This document shows, in pieces, positions 1-13,200 of a stretch of DNA of 64,000 nt. Source of the stretch: Octopus vulgaris. Lineage: Eukaryota. The stretch spans positions 137,888,001 through 137,952,000 of the forward strand of contig OX597817.1 of assembly GCA_951406725.2 (NCBI GenBank). The letters are read 5' to 3'. Position 1 is the stretch's first letter, and each line of letters begins with the position of its first letter. Made by a program: the position numbers and the translations under genes. The notes beneath the pieces are model-generated. The model was not told the DNA's origin. It was given only the letters and a program-made list of their open reading frames with translations, and did not search any database.

Positions 1-276
1 TAATTTACCTCTGGAAACATGGGTGGTTCGTTCAACGTCCTTAAACAAACCTTATTCAGGAACCTTTTGAAGAAAATTCTAAGTGGGCCCCACCTGCAAG
101 ATCATGTGCTGTTTATCTTGATATGAGATCACCATGTCGCGCACATATGACTGTGATGCATGTGCCTGGTGTACCCTTATCAGACAAGTAGTCATGATGG
201 GTATATACTGGGCTTCGTATATTTTACCCCAGTGTCACTTTGATGGCATGCATTGTTCTCCCACATTATGATGAGG
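1..276 (+). mobile_element. Probable 3' UTR of a non-LTR retroelement running into an (AAT)n tail
   Basis: Complex sequence ending ...ttttaccccagtgtcactttgatggcatgca... directly followed by (AAT)n; recalled as a common octopus repeat end; no coding motif seen. Confidence 0.4.
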
Positions 277-408
<132 letters not shown>

Positions 409-431
409 ATCAGTTCAGAAGGTTTGAAATT

Positions 432-600
432 TAGGGTGAAGTATTAAGTCGATTACATCGACCCCAGTTTTTGGTTCGTTGTTTTATCGACCCGGAAAGG
501 ATACAAAGCAATGTCGACCTCAGCGGGGATTTGATCTCAGAATATAAAAAAACAAAGTCGGAAGAATTACTTGAAGATCTTTGTTGTGGCATTCCAGCGA
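432..600 (-). mobile_element. SINE family B (Meta/MESC-like core), degenerate
   Basis: aagtcgattacatcgaccccagt...atcgacccggaaaggata...gtcgacctc aligns with the copy at 43833-44060. Confidence 0.8.
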
Positions 601-1109
601 TCGAAGCCTCGTCCTGGTTTGTCTTGCAAGTCTTCCTCTCCTGTTGACTCTCATCTTTTTTATTTTTATCAGCACAACTCGCTTGGTCTTCAAAACAGTA
701 AACATGGATGGATTCGACTTTCAACACAATGGGAAGCAAAAAGAATTATAATTGAATTCTATAGTTTTTTGTTTTGTTTTGTTTTTTTACTTTTTCTGTC
801 TGGACACAAAAAAAAAAACACGACTAAAAGAGTAAGAAATATCAAATCCGTCAACCAATCAGGTAAGAGAGAAATCGAAAGAAACAAAATACAACTTGTA
901 TTTCATAGTAACTTAAATATATCATCACCACCACCACGACGATCACGACTACGTTTCACCACCATGACGATTGATGATGGTGATATATCAAGTCTAATCT
1001 GTAATTCTCAGCTGAAAGAGAGAGAAAGAGAGAGAGAGAGAGATAGATTTAACGTGTATTAAGTTGTTTATCACAGTCTTAAAGAGGCGACAAACTCACA
1101 CAGGAATTT

Positions 1110-1297
1110 CAGGTACACACACACACAAACTCACACAACCACACATATGATGACATACACATACACACGCACACGCAACACATACTATATACATATAAAT
1201 GCATACGTGTATATATGTGTGTGTGTCTTTCTTTCTCAGTATCCTATTCTTCTCTGTATACACACAAGTGCGCGTATAAACACTCACACATACACGT

Positions 1298-1331
<34 letters not shown>

Positions 1332-1435
1332 TTATGTATGCATGTATATGTATACATATATAGATATAGATATAGATATGTACATACGTATATATATGTG
1401 TGTATATATATTTATATATAAATATATATATATAG

Positions 1436-1479
<44 letters not shown>

Positions 1480-1932
1480 GCATATACATATATATGTATA
1501 TGTATATTTATATGCATATATATATATATATATATATATATCAAGTAGGAAAGAAGAAGAGAGTGAAAGTGAAAGTAGGCGGCGTAGAGCGAGAGAGAAA
1601 GAAAGAGAGAGAGAGAGAGAGAGAGCTGGAGGTAAAGGTAGAGAAATATGCTGCGTCATTGATCATTCTGCTGTCACTAATGCTCACTACTATTAAACAA
1701 TGATTATATAAACACTAACACACTTTAATGCACATCTATTGTGGTACAGCTGCGTATAAGTAATATCATTAATGTATATACACACCCAGAGAAGGACAGG
1801 GAAACAGATAATTGCCTCGCCAGACAAAATACAAATAATATACTCATATGTGTGTGTGTGTATATGTGTGAGTGTGTGTGTGTGTGTGTTTTCGTGTGAA
1901 TATATATATTTATATGTATTATGTGTAAGGAT

Positions 1933-1967
<35 letters not shown>

Positions 1968-2079
1968 TATAGATATATCCGAGTATACATAGATACATAG
2001 ACATACGCATATGTACATATATATGTACACACACATATATATATATATTAATATATATTTATATGTATGTATATATGTA

Positions 2080-2119
<40 letters not shown>

Positions 2120-2123
2120 GAGA

Positions 2124-2163
<40 letters not shown>
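1110..2163. repeat. Mixed microsatellite block (CA, TA, GA, GATA, GAT)
   Basis: Direct inspection; short unique spacers in between. Confidence 0.9.
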
Positions 2164-2479
2164 TGACGTAAACATTGTGAGAGAATATGTCGATACGTTT
2201 GGTTTCGAGCCAGCCAAAAATAGAAAAGAAAAACTGCTGCTCGTTTAATCGAGAGGAACGGGATTCTGTGCGAATCGCTACAGAATATATTCTTTGGTCT
2301 GCTTTAACCATTCTTGCTAATCCAAGACTGCAGAACATTGAGAGTTAAATGTTCTGCTTTTGTGTCTACCGCGTGTGTTTCCGGCGGAAGACGTAATCAT
2401 TTTTGATCGTTCTTTATTTCCATTGTTGGTGATATCTCACTCGGCAGATCACCGAATTGGCGGTCTGTGCTCTACTTTG

Positions 2480-2880
2480 ATTCTAACATTTTGCAGGTGT
2501 TTGATGTGGTATGCTAGAAAGAAATGCATTTAGATCGCATTCTAAAGCCTCTTGAGTAGATGTAATTGCCAAATGACGGACCAAAGATGGTCGGGAAAGG
2601 ATATCACTTGAAGGTGGTTGATATTGGAGGTGGGTTGGGGAAGGGAGATAGTGAAGCAGCTCGAAGCAGCGTCGATATTTGGTTGGGTAGCCATGTTTTG
2701 TGAAATTCTGAACCATTTGATGTTCATGACCACAGAAGTGGTAGGAGGGGAACGAGTTCTGAAAGGAGTAGGAGTTAGATGGGAGAAGGTGAAATCAAGA
2801 TAGAAATGGGAGTCAGTGGGTTTGTAAAAGGCAGAGGAGGGAAAATTGAAAGTAAGAAATATACGAAGATGACCAGAAAA
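2480..2880 (-). pseudogene. Penelope-like element reverse transcriptase C-terminal remnant
   Basis: Minus strand 2829-2779 reads FYKPTDSHFYLDFTFSH (PLE motif YxKPTDxxxYLxxxSxHP), followed by MVQNFTKHGYP (xxGYP motif); frameshifted. Confidence 0.75.
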
Positions 2881-3084
2881 ACAGAAGACATTTAAATGCC
2901 TAATTCTGCTGATGTTTGGTTCCGAAATGTGAGAGTTTGAGGAAAGATGTATTGGGATCTGACAATACTCCCTGTTGGACTTGTTTCTTTTTTTTTTTTT
3001 TTTAGGGGAGGGTCACCATATGTAATATTTTAATGTCTCATTCTCGCTGGCTTCATAGAAGACAAATGTAATACGCAGAGATGA

Positions 3085-3244
3085 TCCCGGTGATCCCCGA
3101 TTTTGCAGCTGGTATGTAGGCCCTTGGCCTGCTCGCCTAGCCAGCGGGATGGTATCATTCGAAGGCTAAAACAATGTGAAGCGCATCGTGTCCAGCGATG
3201 TATAATGTCATCTGATAGTCTGATCGATACTGTGATCCAGTGAT
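3085..3244 (+). mobile_element. 3' fragment of an interspersed repeat, probably a SINE tail
   Basis: ggcccttggcctgctcgcctagccagcgg...gaaggctaaaacaatg...gtgat recalled as an octopus SINE 3' end; no second copy in the window. Confidence 0.4.
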
Positions 3245-3373
3245 TTAGGCCCAGTGTTACTTGGCGACCTTACTTATGATAAATTACTCAATGTGAGAGT
3301 CACTCTCCTTCAGACTAACATTTTTCAATGATCACTTATTGAGTTCTTAGTTTGTCAACAGTTAATGGACATA

Positions 3374-3860
3374 GGCTCAGGAGTGACTGTGTGATAAGTA
3401 GCTTGCTTACCAACCACATGGTTCCGGGTTCAGTCCCACTGCGTGGTACCTTGGGCAAGTGTCTACTACTATAGCTTCGGGCTGCCCAAAGCCTCGTGAG
3501 TGGATTTGGTAGACGGAAACTAAAAAGAAACCCGCCGTATTCAATATATATATGCATGAATGTATGTATGTATGTATGTATGTATGTATGTATGTATGTA
3601 TGCATGCATGTATATATGTATGTGTGCGTGTGTGTATGTATGTTGTGTGTTTGTGTGTCCGTGTTTGTCCCCCCCCCCCCACCATCGCTTGACAACTGAT
3701 GCTGGTGTATTTACGTCTCCGTAACTTAACGGTTCGGCAAAAGAGGCCGATAGAATAAGTACTAGGCTTACAAAGAATAAGTCCTGGGGGTCGATTTGCT
3801 CGACTAAAGGCGGTGCTCCAGCATGACCGCAGTCAAATGACTGAAACGAATAAAAGAATA
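3374..3860 (+). mobile_element. SINE family A, full length (tRNA head, CORE-like domain, internal microsatellite, right module); OR2-like
   Basis: A-box-like tgactgtgtga, B-box ggttcagtccc, CORE-like accttgggcaagt, tail gcagtcaaatgactgaaac; about 15 copies in window. Confidence 0.9.
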
Positions 3861-4872
3861 TTTAAATAAATCCATCTATAGTTATAAGATTAGGTCAAGA
3901 GCGCATTTTGAGGTTGGATGTGTTTCCTTGTCTACGTCAAAGCAGAACATTGTATTTTCTATAACGGACTTCATGCAATTTTGTGACATTGAATAACGTT
4001 ATTGTCAGTCGCGCGGTTGTGTAATGTGCGTAGATCTTGTTCGATGACGTATAGATATCACTGTTTGCTATTATTTCTAGAATTGATCTCTTTTGCTGAT
4101 TGTAGACTTTTGTCTATGTCTGACAACATTACAACTAATAAAAGGGGACACAAAACACCTAACGGTATATTTATTTTCACAGATTTCATGACTGTTGAAT
4201 CTTTTGAACGTCTCCTTTTTAACTTCTGTCTTTCAGGAAACCAAAGGACGAAATTCCCTACTTTCTCATCAAACCAGCTTTTCTCATCTCCTGACGGAAG
4301 ATTCTAGGACTGATCTTGAGAAACGCTTTAACGAAATCAAGGCAGACACAATAAAAACTTGATTACGCTGCAGACTCTTTAGAATATACCGGCGTAGGAG
4401 TAGAATAAGCATCAAACCCCTCATATTCTGAATGGAAGCCATGTACGGCGTTAAAAAAGGCTTCCATTTGCGACTTATGCTCTATTTAAAACACATATTA
4501 CACGAAACTAGACGATTGGGTTAATAGATTTATTGTTATTCAGCAGAGTGTTCTTAACACTTCGAGCAATAAAAGAAATTATTCAACTATCGAGATGTTA
4601 GTAATGAGTCTATAGAACAGTTTTTAGTCTGATTATAATAACTACGAGCGAATCTGAGGAGTCAGATAGGTGGTGGTGTTCCGGTTCCGGTAAAGATGAT
4701 TGCTTTCTTTAATTTCATTTATTTTTCAAAACGACGTTTTGTAATTGAGAACTTAAGGAAGCAAGAAAATTATAAAAGACAAAAGCTCTTTGCTTCATTG
4801 CTTTAATTTTTGTTCTTTCTAACATTCTCTTTCTCTCTCACACACACACTCTCTTTTACTCCCTCTCTTTCC

Positions 4873-4922
<50 letters not shown>

Positions 4923-5301
4923 TTATACATATACACACACACATATATATAGGTATATATGCATGTGCATATTAAGTATATTTGCATATATATATATATA
5001 TTATTTGTATGTATGCATGGATGTATGTATAAACGCGATCAAATACATATATCTACATATATACATATGTAGATATTCCTATAGATATGTGTGTATGCGT
5101 GTGTGTGTACATACGTTGACGATAACAAGTGATATTTCTCCGTGCAAATGAGATAGCGTTGAAAGAAATAGGAACATAGGTTTATATATGTCTTTATGTA
5201 TATGTATAATATGTATATATACATACATTCACACACGCATGCACAAACACACACACGCATACGCACACGCGCGCGCGCACACATACACACACATATATAT
5301 A

Positions 5302-5453
5302 TATTCCTTTATTCCTTTACTTGTTTCAGTCATTTGACTGCGGCCATGCTGGAGCACCGCCTTAAATGGTTTTTAGTCGAAGAAATCGATCCCATGACTT
5401 ATTCTTTGTAAGCCTAGTACTTATTCTACCGTTCTCTTTTGCCGAACCGCTTA
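5302..5453 (-). mobile_element. SINE family A, right module only
   Basis: tttcagtcatttgactgcggccatgctggagcaccgcc...tttgccgaaccgct. Confidence 0.9.
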
Positions 5454-5477
5454 TGTGTGTGTGTGTGTGTGAGTACT

Positions 5478-5508
<31 letters not shown>

Positions 5509-6138
5509 TAATGTATATAATACCTGTATGTTTGCACGTATGTATGGCTGTATGCATGCATGTATATTTATATATCAGTCTGGCTTGTGTCAATATGAAC
5601 AGTTACATTTTAACGGTCAGCTAACCAGGACCACTGGACTCGTGTCACATGACCATAGCCGTTTGAGAAATCCCTGATGTATATAAGGAACCCTTAGAAT
5701 TCTCATTATCAGTCGCCCAAACACCGGAACCGTGAAACTCCATGAAGCAATCCATAGAAACGCAGCTTTCGATAAATAATATTATTTCACTCTGCTTAAC
5801 AATATTGAGCACTTTTTTTCGCATAACTGCATTTCAGAGCAACGTCAAAAACACCCTACACTTTATGCTATATATATATGTGTGTATATGTTCGTAGTAT
5901 ATGTATTCATGTATGTGTGTATATGTTGGCCATTGACGTCAGTAGATAGCTGCATTTCAACTCCTCTATAAACCTACTTACCGATGTTTCTTTCCGTTTT
6001 ATTATTTCTCTTTAACAATTCCGCAAACCAAACATGACTTAACAAATTTATCTCATTATATTTGTATCAAACAGGCTTTACGTTTCATATTCGAATATGT
6101 CAATATGTGTGTGTGCGTATATATATATGTGTGCGTGC

Positions 6139-6186
<48 letters not shown>

Positions 6187-6535
6187 TCGTCCAAGTATTT
6201 GTGTGTGAGAGAGATTCTCGGTTGATGGATGCCCCTATATGTACAGAGATATATATGTGTGTGTGTGTGTGTGAGTGTGTGTGAGTGTATGTGTGGGTGG
6301 GTAGGTGAAGGCATTTGCATAAATATGTGTGTGTGTGTGTGAGTGTGTATGTATGTACATGTATGTGTGTGTGTGCGTGAGTGTGGTGAGGAATGTGTTC
6401 TCAGATATGTAAATCGAATTACTGATGTGATTATCCTTTACAAATCAATGGAAAGTAATTTCACTTAAATCAATAACCTATCGAAACTCAAGCACAATAC
6501 ATTGCCAACAAATTATGTGTGTATACACATGTATG

Positions 6536-6591
<56 letters not shown>

Positions 6592-6704
6592 CATATATAC
6601 ATATGTGTATATATGTATGTATATATAAATACATATATACATATGTGTATATATGTATGTATATATGTATTATATATACATATGTGTATATATATATATA
6701 TATT

Positions 6705-6736
<32 letters not shown>

Positions 6737-6770
6737 CATGTATGTATGTGTGTATGTATATACATACATA

Positions 6771-6980
6771 CGAGGTCTGATCAATAAGTATCCGGACTGT
6801 TGCCATAGTAACTAAGCTTCAGTACGCAGAGTGAAGCTGCTTACCATAGATTGACTTTGAACTCTGATGTGCATGCGCACTAAGTTTTAATGTTCTAGCT
6901 CACTTCCGATGTTTACAGCAGTGCTTGGAAGGAACGTGTGTAGCGTGTGATCGTTGCATCGACCAAGACAGGGAAAGATG
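6771..6980 (+). mobile_element. Mariner 5' end (TIR plus leader), truncated
   Basis: TA|cgaggtctgatcaataagtatccggactg, a typical mariner TIR after a TA target; no partner TIR or transposase. Confidence 0.7.
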
Positions 6981-7060
6981 TTCTGGCGATACCGCCTCAG
7001 AGGCCCGCACTCAAATGTCAAATTGTGGTGATAAACTTCCATGATTTTCTAGATGTGTCA

Positions 7061-7290
7061 TACTCTTTACTCTTTTACTTGTTTCAGTCATTTGACTGTG
7101 GCCATGCTGGAGTACAGCCTTTAGGCGAGCAAATCGACCCCAGGACTTATTCTTTGTAAGCCTAGTACTTATGCTATCGGTCTTTTCCGCCGAACCGCTA
7201 AGATACGGGGGCGTAAACACACCAACATCGGTTGTCAAGCGATGGTGGGGGAACAAACACAGACACACAAACATACACACATACACACAC
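7061..7290 (-). mobile_element. SINE family A, right module
   Basis: Near-identical to 7341-7560. Confidence 0.9.
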
Positions 7291-7340
7291 ACATATACAT
7301 ATATTTATATATATATATATATATGTTTACCTATACATAT

Positions 7341-7560
7341 ACTCTTTTACTCTTTTACTTGTTTCAGTCATTTGACTGCGGCCATGGTGGAGCACCGCCT
7401 TTAGTCGAGCAAATCGACCCCAGGACTCATTCTTTGTAAGCCCAGTACTTATTCTATCGGTCTCTTTTTGCTGAACCGCTAAGTAACGGGGACATAAACA
7501 CACCAGCATCGGTTGTCAAGCAATGCTAGGGGGACAAACACAGACACACAAACACACACA

Positions 7561-7636
<76 letters not shown>

Positions 7637-7800
7637 TACGGTGGGCTTCTTTCAGTTTCCGTCTACCAAATCCACTCACAAGGCTTTGGCCGGCTCGAGG
7701 CTATAGTAGAAGACACTTGCCCAAGGTGCCACGCAGTGGGACTGAACCCGGAACCATGTGATTGGTAAGCACACCGCTACTTACCACGCAGCCACTTCTA
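7341..7800 (-). mobile_element. SINE family A, full length
   Basis: Reverse complement of 3374-3860 with (TA)n middle. Confidence 0.92.
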
Positions 7801-8159
7801 GTTCCGATCTTTCTATTTGCTTTATTGGCATAATATCATGGTAGCGAACATCTGTCATTTTGAATTTATGTTTCTAAGCATTTCAAACAAAGATAATAAA
7901 GTCTAGTTTTATGTTAGTCAATCAGCTGTGTAGTATATAACGACTGGCCTGTAGCTAAACGTCCAAACTTATATTCCACCATAGATATAAATCGTTCCTT
8001 TGTCTTTTCCTGGTCATATACGATCCACACATGATGTTGGCAGTTGCTTTGTTACAAAAGTGTTGAATATCTGTCTTTAGTTCAACACCGATTGGTTAAG
8101 TGAGTAGTTAATGAAACGATATGCGTGCATGAATATATGTATGCATGTTTGTATGCTTG

Positions 8160-8685
<526 letters not shown>

Positions 8686-9059
8686 ATTGTTTAACACAAT
8701 AAGTAAAATTTACAAAAGTTTATGAAAACAGCCATGTAGACTTTCTAAATATCATCCTTGGACATGTAAGAATGTTTCTAGTGACAATATATAAATCATT
8801 CATAGAAAACCTGTTGTCGTGTGTAAGAAAGCAAGACAATACAAAGTGTGGTTATATTCAGTTTACTGTTGCCAAACATCAAGTCTGGCCGGCACCTATG
8901 ACGACCAGCATGTGTGGCATAAAAATTTTCTCTGTCTCTAAATCTTGACTGAAAAAAATTGCTCGAACTTGTGAATTTAACATTAAAATTTTAGATGCAG
9001 TGAGTGACTATATTCAGAGATATGTCAACAAAGTTTTATCATCCAAACTTTATCAATGG

Positions 9060-9181
9060 AGTGTGGGTGTGTGTATATGTGTGTGCGTGTGTGTGTGTGT
9101 GTGTGTGTCTGTGTGCGCGTGTGTGTATTTGTGTATACACACATATATATCTATGTACACACACACACACATATATGTATA

Positions 9182-9220
<39 letters not shown>

Positions 9221-9295
9221 TTATGTATGTATATTTATATATGTATGTATATATATATATATATGTATGTATATATATATATATATGTATGTATG

Positions 9296-9363
<68 letters not shown>

Positions 9364-9402
9364 TACATACATACATATATATATATATTTGTATATATAT
9401 AT
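9060..9402. repeat. (TG)n/(TA)n microsatellite block
   Basis: Direct inspection. Confidence 0.95.
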
Positions 9403-9721
9403 AAAATTTATAAGTTTAAATTATTTAAATAATTTTTATTTTTAACTTTTATATTTTTAAATTAATTTTATGTATTGGCTTATGTTTTTCACTGTTTGAT
9501 TTGCCTAATACTGGTTTCATCTCTAATTTAATATAATATAATATAATATATTTATACTATAAAATTGGATTTAATCCTAAATCTAATTTTTCCCTGTAAG
9601 TTTGGATTTATTCCCTAATATTATTATTATTATTATATATATATATATACACTGTATACATACATACAGATATATATATACATACATATATATGTATATA
9701 TGTATGTATATATATATCATT

Positions 9722-10268
9722 ATGCCAGGTCACTTTCGAGTGCTACTGGTAGCATGTAACCCAGCACAACCTGTTGTATGGTCGGGTCGTCGGCGACTAA
9801 ACCAGCAATCCCACCAAGCTTGCTGGTGAGGAGGGTGTTTATTGGACACCTTGCGGGATGAAAAAAGAAACCGTCAAAGGGCGGAGGAACTTTTGAGAGT
9901 CAACGGCCATCCAATAAATGTCTTAAGGCTGTATCATGGGCGGGGACATGGAAATAATCGAACTGAATACCCGATCGCGCGGTTAAACCATTGGGAGTGA
10001 AGGACTCCTAGCCTTTGTTAGGGCATCCTTCTAGAAGATAACTCAGGTAACTGGGATAACTCCGACATAAAATCTGCGGCTCGGTGGTTACCGATGATGT
10101 TCACTTGTTCTTCTTTCGGGAATATGGCTGCTGTTGCTTAGTGAGTGGGATTAACGCAGTGCACAGCCTCTCCTCACTTAAAAAAAAAACTTGCACTGGC
10201 ATTGCACGATAACAACATTGATTAAGCTTCGTGCAATGGCCATACTCGATAACGAGGGGGCAGCCACC
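9722..10268 (+). mobile_element. Putative non-autonomous bipartite RTE derivative (5' UTR-like part plus short 3' tail)
   Basis: GC-richer 550 bp island in (TA)n; agggcatccttctagaaga...aactccgacataaaa resembles the RTE 5' UTR motif; ends ...ctcgataacgagggggcagccacc(at)n; no ORF. Confidence 0.45.
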
Positions 10269-10303
10269 ATATATATATATCTATCTGTATGTATGTATAC
10301 AGC

Positions 10304-10343
<40 letters not shown>

Positions 10344-10416
10344 ATGTGTGTGTATATATGCATATATATGTGTGTGTGTACGTAAGTATGTATATATATA
10401 TATTATATTATATTAT

Positions 10417-10449
<33 letters not shown>

Positions 10450-10567
10450 ATAATATAAAAATATATTAAATATAAAACATTATATATTAATATATAAAAC
10501 AGGAACCAAGAGGTGGAACGAAACGACGAATCGGAACGAACCTGACGCGGGGCGCTGTCAGACAATA

Positions 10568-11337
10568 ATGTGATAAATAAAAATATATGCATACATACAA
10601 ACATATATGTACGTACCTACATCTACATGTATATATACATGCATATATAAATAATTATACGTGAGTACAGGACACCACAATAAGACGTAGAAACGGGAAA
10701 AACAAAAAAAAGAAAACGAAAAAAACAGTTACAGGACGTGCTACACAAGGAAAAAACCCCCGTCATCAGCTGTCGCTAGTAGACTCAGGCATGTTTCGAA
10801 GGCAAGGACAGAACACTAATCCACTAAGCCTTCCTGCGAGAGAATTAAAATAAAATTCCAAGCAGTGGGGCAAAATGAGTACGAACACGAACAGGACGTA
10901 ACAATAAAACTGCAAAAATTAAAATACATGTACAAAAAATACAAATAAATACAAAACGAGAAAATAAAAAGAGAATACGATACAGGAAATCAAACACACA
11001 AGGGGACGAACGAAAAAGCCTTTTTTTTGCATAGACGAAGGATACTGTGGCAGCGCGTGGAAGGCAGTCTTTTCAGTAGTAGGAGCAACGTGTAAAAGAA
11101 ATTTTTATAGGCTGGCATGCTCATTTTGCCCCGATGCTTGGAATTTCCTTGTGTAGCACGTCCTGTAACTGTTTTTTACGTTTTCTTGTTTTTTGTTTTT
11201 TTTTTTGTTTTTCCCGTTTCTACGTCTTATTGTAGTGTCCTGAACTCACGTATAATTATTTATATATGCATGTATATATACATGTAGATGTAGATACGTA
11301 CATATATGTTTGTATATATGCATATATTTTTATTTAT

Positions 11338-11342
<5 letters not shown>
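10568..11342. mobile_element. Foldback element: inverted pLTR-like repeats of Penelope type
   Basis: 10568-10753 plus 10853-10879 are the reverse complement of 11120-11342; hammerhead-like core pieces at 10757-10803. Confidence 0.7.
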
Positions 11343-11412
<70 letters not shown>

Positions 11413-11429
11413 GTATGTATTCCTAGATA

Positions 11430-12190
11430 ATGATACAGGTAAACAGATTAAAACCTTGGGTTAGATATACAACATATCACACGTGTATGCATGTAAGTAG
11501 AGAGAAACCAAAGATTGAAAATTTCAGACGATGAATGTTGAAGAATAAATATATATCGATATTTCTATGTCAACAGATCCAACTTACACGGAATGCAAAA
11601 GACACAGAGAATTATAAAGTAAGAAGGCAAGACGTTACAGCTCCAGCAGCCGCTTCTGAGGCTCGGAATTGGTTCCTAATATTGGCAGATGTAGTTCACA
11701 AAAATATACATAAACCTTCTGCCCTTTAATCTTCTATCTTTGTACTGTGTATAAGTTTGCAATGTGAATATATAAATATCGATTTATATATTTGAAAACT
11801 CCACTAGAATGGACGAAAGCGCTTTTATATGATATATGATATATGATATATGATGTATAAAAACATGTAATATACAAATAAATATCTGTAAATATAAAAC
11901 CATCCGAATTTCTGAGTACCTCATTTCTTCTAATATAAATAATGATATATTTATACAGGAATATTCATCGTCTGAAAATGTTTAGTCTTTGCTTTCTCTG
12001 TATTTACATGTATGTATGTATATGTATTTTGTGTATCAAGCTCAAGCAGTTTTATTTGTTTATTCGTTTCATTGTCTCCATATCTGCTCGCCCGGGTTCC
12101 TCCTGTAGCTGCTCGTTACCCCGTGAACTTGTTCCTCGATAAAGGTTTCGGGGTGTAAGTTCAAATCATTTGAGCACTACATAGGGTTTC
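11430..12190. mobile_element. AT-rich element with internal inverted repeat, probably PLE-related
   Basis: About 53 bp imperfect IR 11487-11539 / 11960-12013; degenerate hammerhead-like motif at 11785-11830; bounded by TA microsatellites. Confidence 0.45.
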
Positions 12191-12253
12191 TATATACACA
12201 TATATACATATACATGCATACGTATGTGTGTGTGTGTCTATTTAAGTATATAA

Positions 12254-12309
<56 letters not shown>

Positions 12310-12348
12310 ACTTATGTATATATATAGTATTTATGTCCATATAATAAT

Positions 12349-12512
12349 AACAGTGCACTCCGGACAAAATACTTAGCGGCATTTCTTCCGGATTTACGTT
12401 CAGATTTTGAGTTTCCCTTTCATCCTTTTCAGTCAAACAGTAGGATGGCTCTAACTGCTTAACACCCACCCCCATAAAATGTCAGACCTTGTACCCAGAG
12501 TAGAAAGAATTG
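12349..12512 (+). mobile_element. SINE family B, degenerate
   Basis: cggacaaaatacttagcggcatttc...ttacgttc...cctttcatcctttt. Confidence 0.65.
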
Positions 12513-12529
12513 TTGCTGTATTTTGCAGG

Positions 12530-13200
12530 AATGTTACCTTGATTTTTTTGTGACAACAAATTACCTCAAATCTCAAGAATCTTCCTTTGAGATTCTTGCA
12601 GAATACAGGATGGTACTTTTCTGCAGGTTGACAGTGCAAGTCTCAGTTCCAATTTCTTTCAGTCTTTTAGATAGCATTTTGGGTGTTGGGCCAAGTGCAC
12701 CAATTACCACAGGAATAATTGTGTTCTTCGACTGTCTGTTCCACCCTCTAGCTAACCCCCCACCCTTGTTTTCGATTTCTCTGCTCTCCATTCTGTTATC
12801 ACAAGGAATTGTAAAATTCTACAATATCACACGCTTTATTTCTCCCTTTATAATTATATCTTGTCTTCAGATGTGGGGGTCAGTTTTATGGGGATGTCCC
12901 ACAATATCCTGTAATTCTCATTTTCTCCACAGCCTCTGGTTCCAGCCCACACCACTTTTATGTTGTTTACAAGCCTCTCACTCTGCCACCATCCGAATGC
13001 ATTCTTTTAACCTACACAGTCAGGTCTGTGCTTATATTCTTTTTGTGATAGCTACTGCTCTCACACAAGAGGTGACTGATACTTTTGTATTCTTTCCTGC
13101 GATTTTTCACTTGCAGTCTGATTGAGTTATGACGGTCTTTGCTTACATCAGATCCATCTTAATAACTTTGTTCCTGAGCGGTTATAATTGTGTGGAAATT
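12530..13200 (-). pseudogene. R4/Dong-like non-LTR retrotransposon, RLE endonuclease C-terminus
   Basis: ILWDIPIK (LWDxxIxTD) near 12900 and IIPVVIGALGPTPKMLSKRLKEIG...LQKSTILYSARI; frameshifted. Confidence 0.8.

Noticed and set aside
12523-13125. 200 aa plus-strand ORF
   Set aside because: Antisense to the R4/Dong RLE remnant
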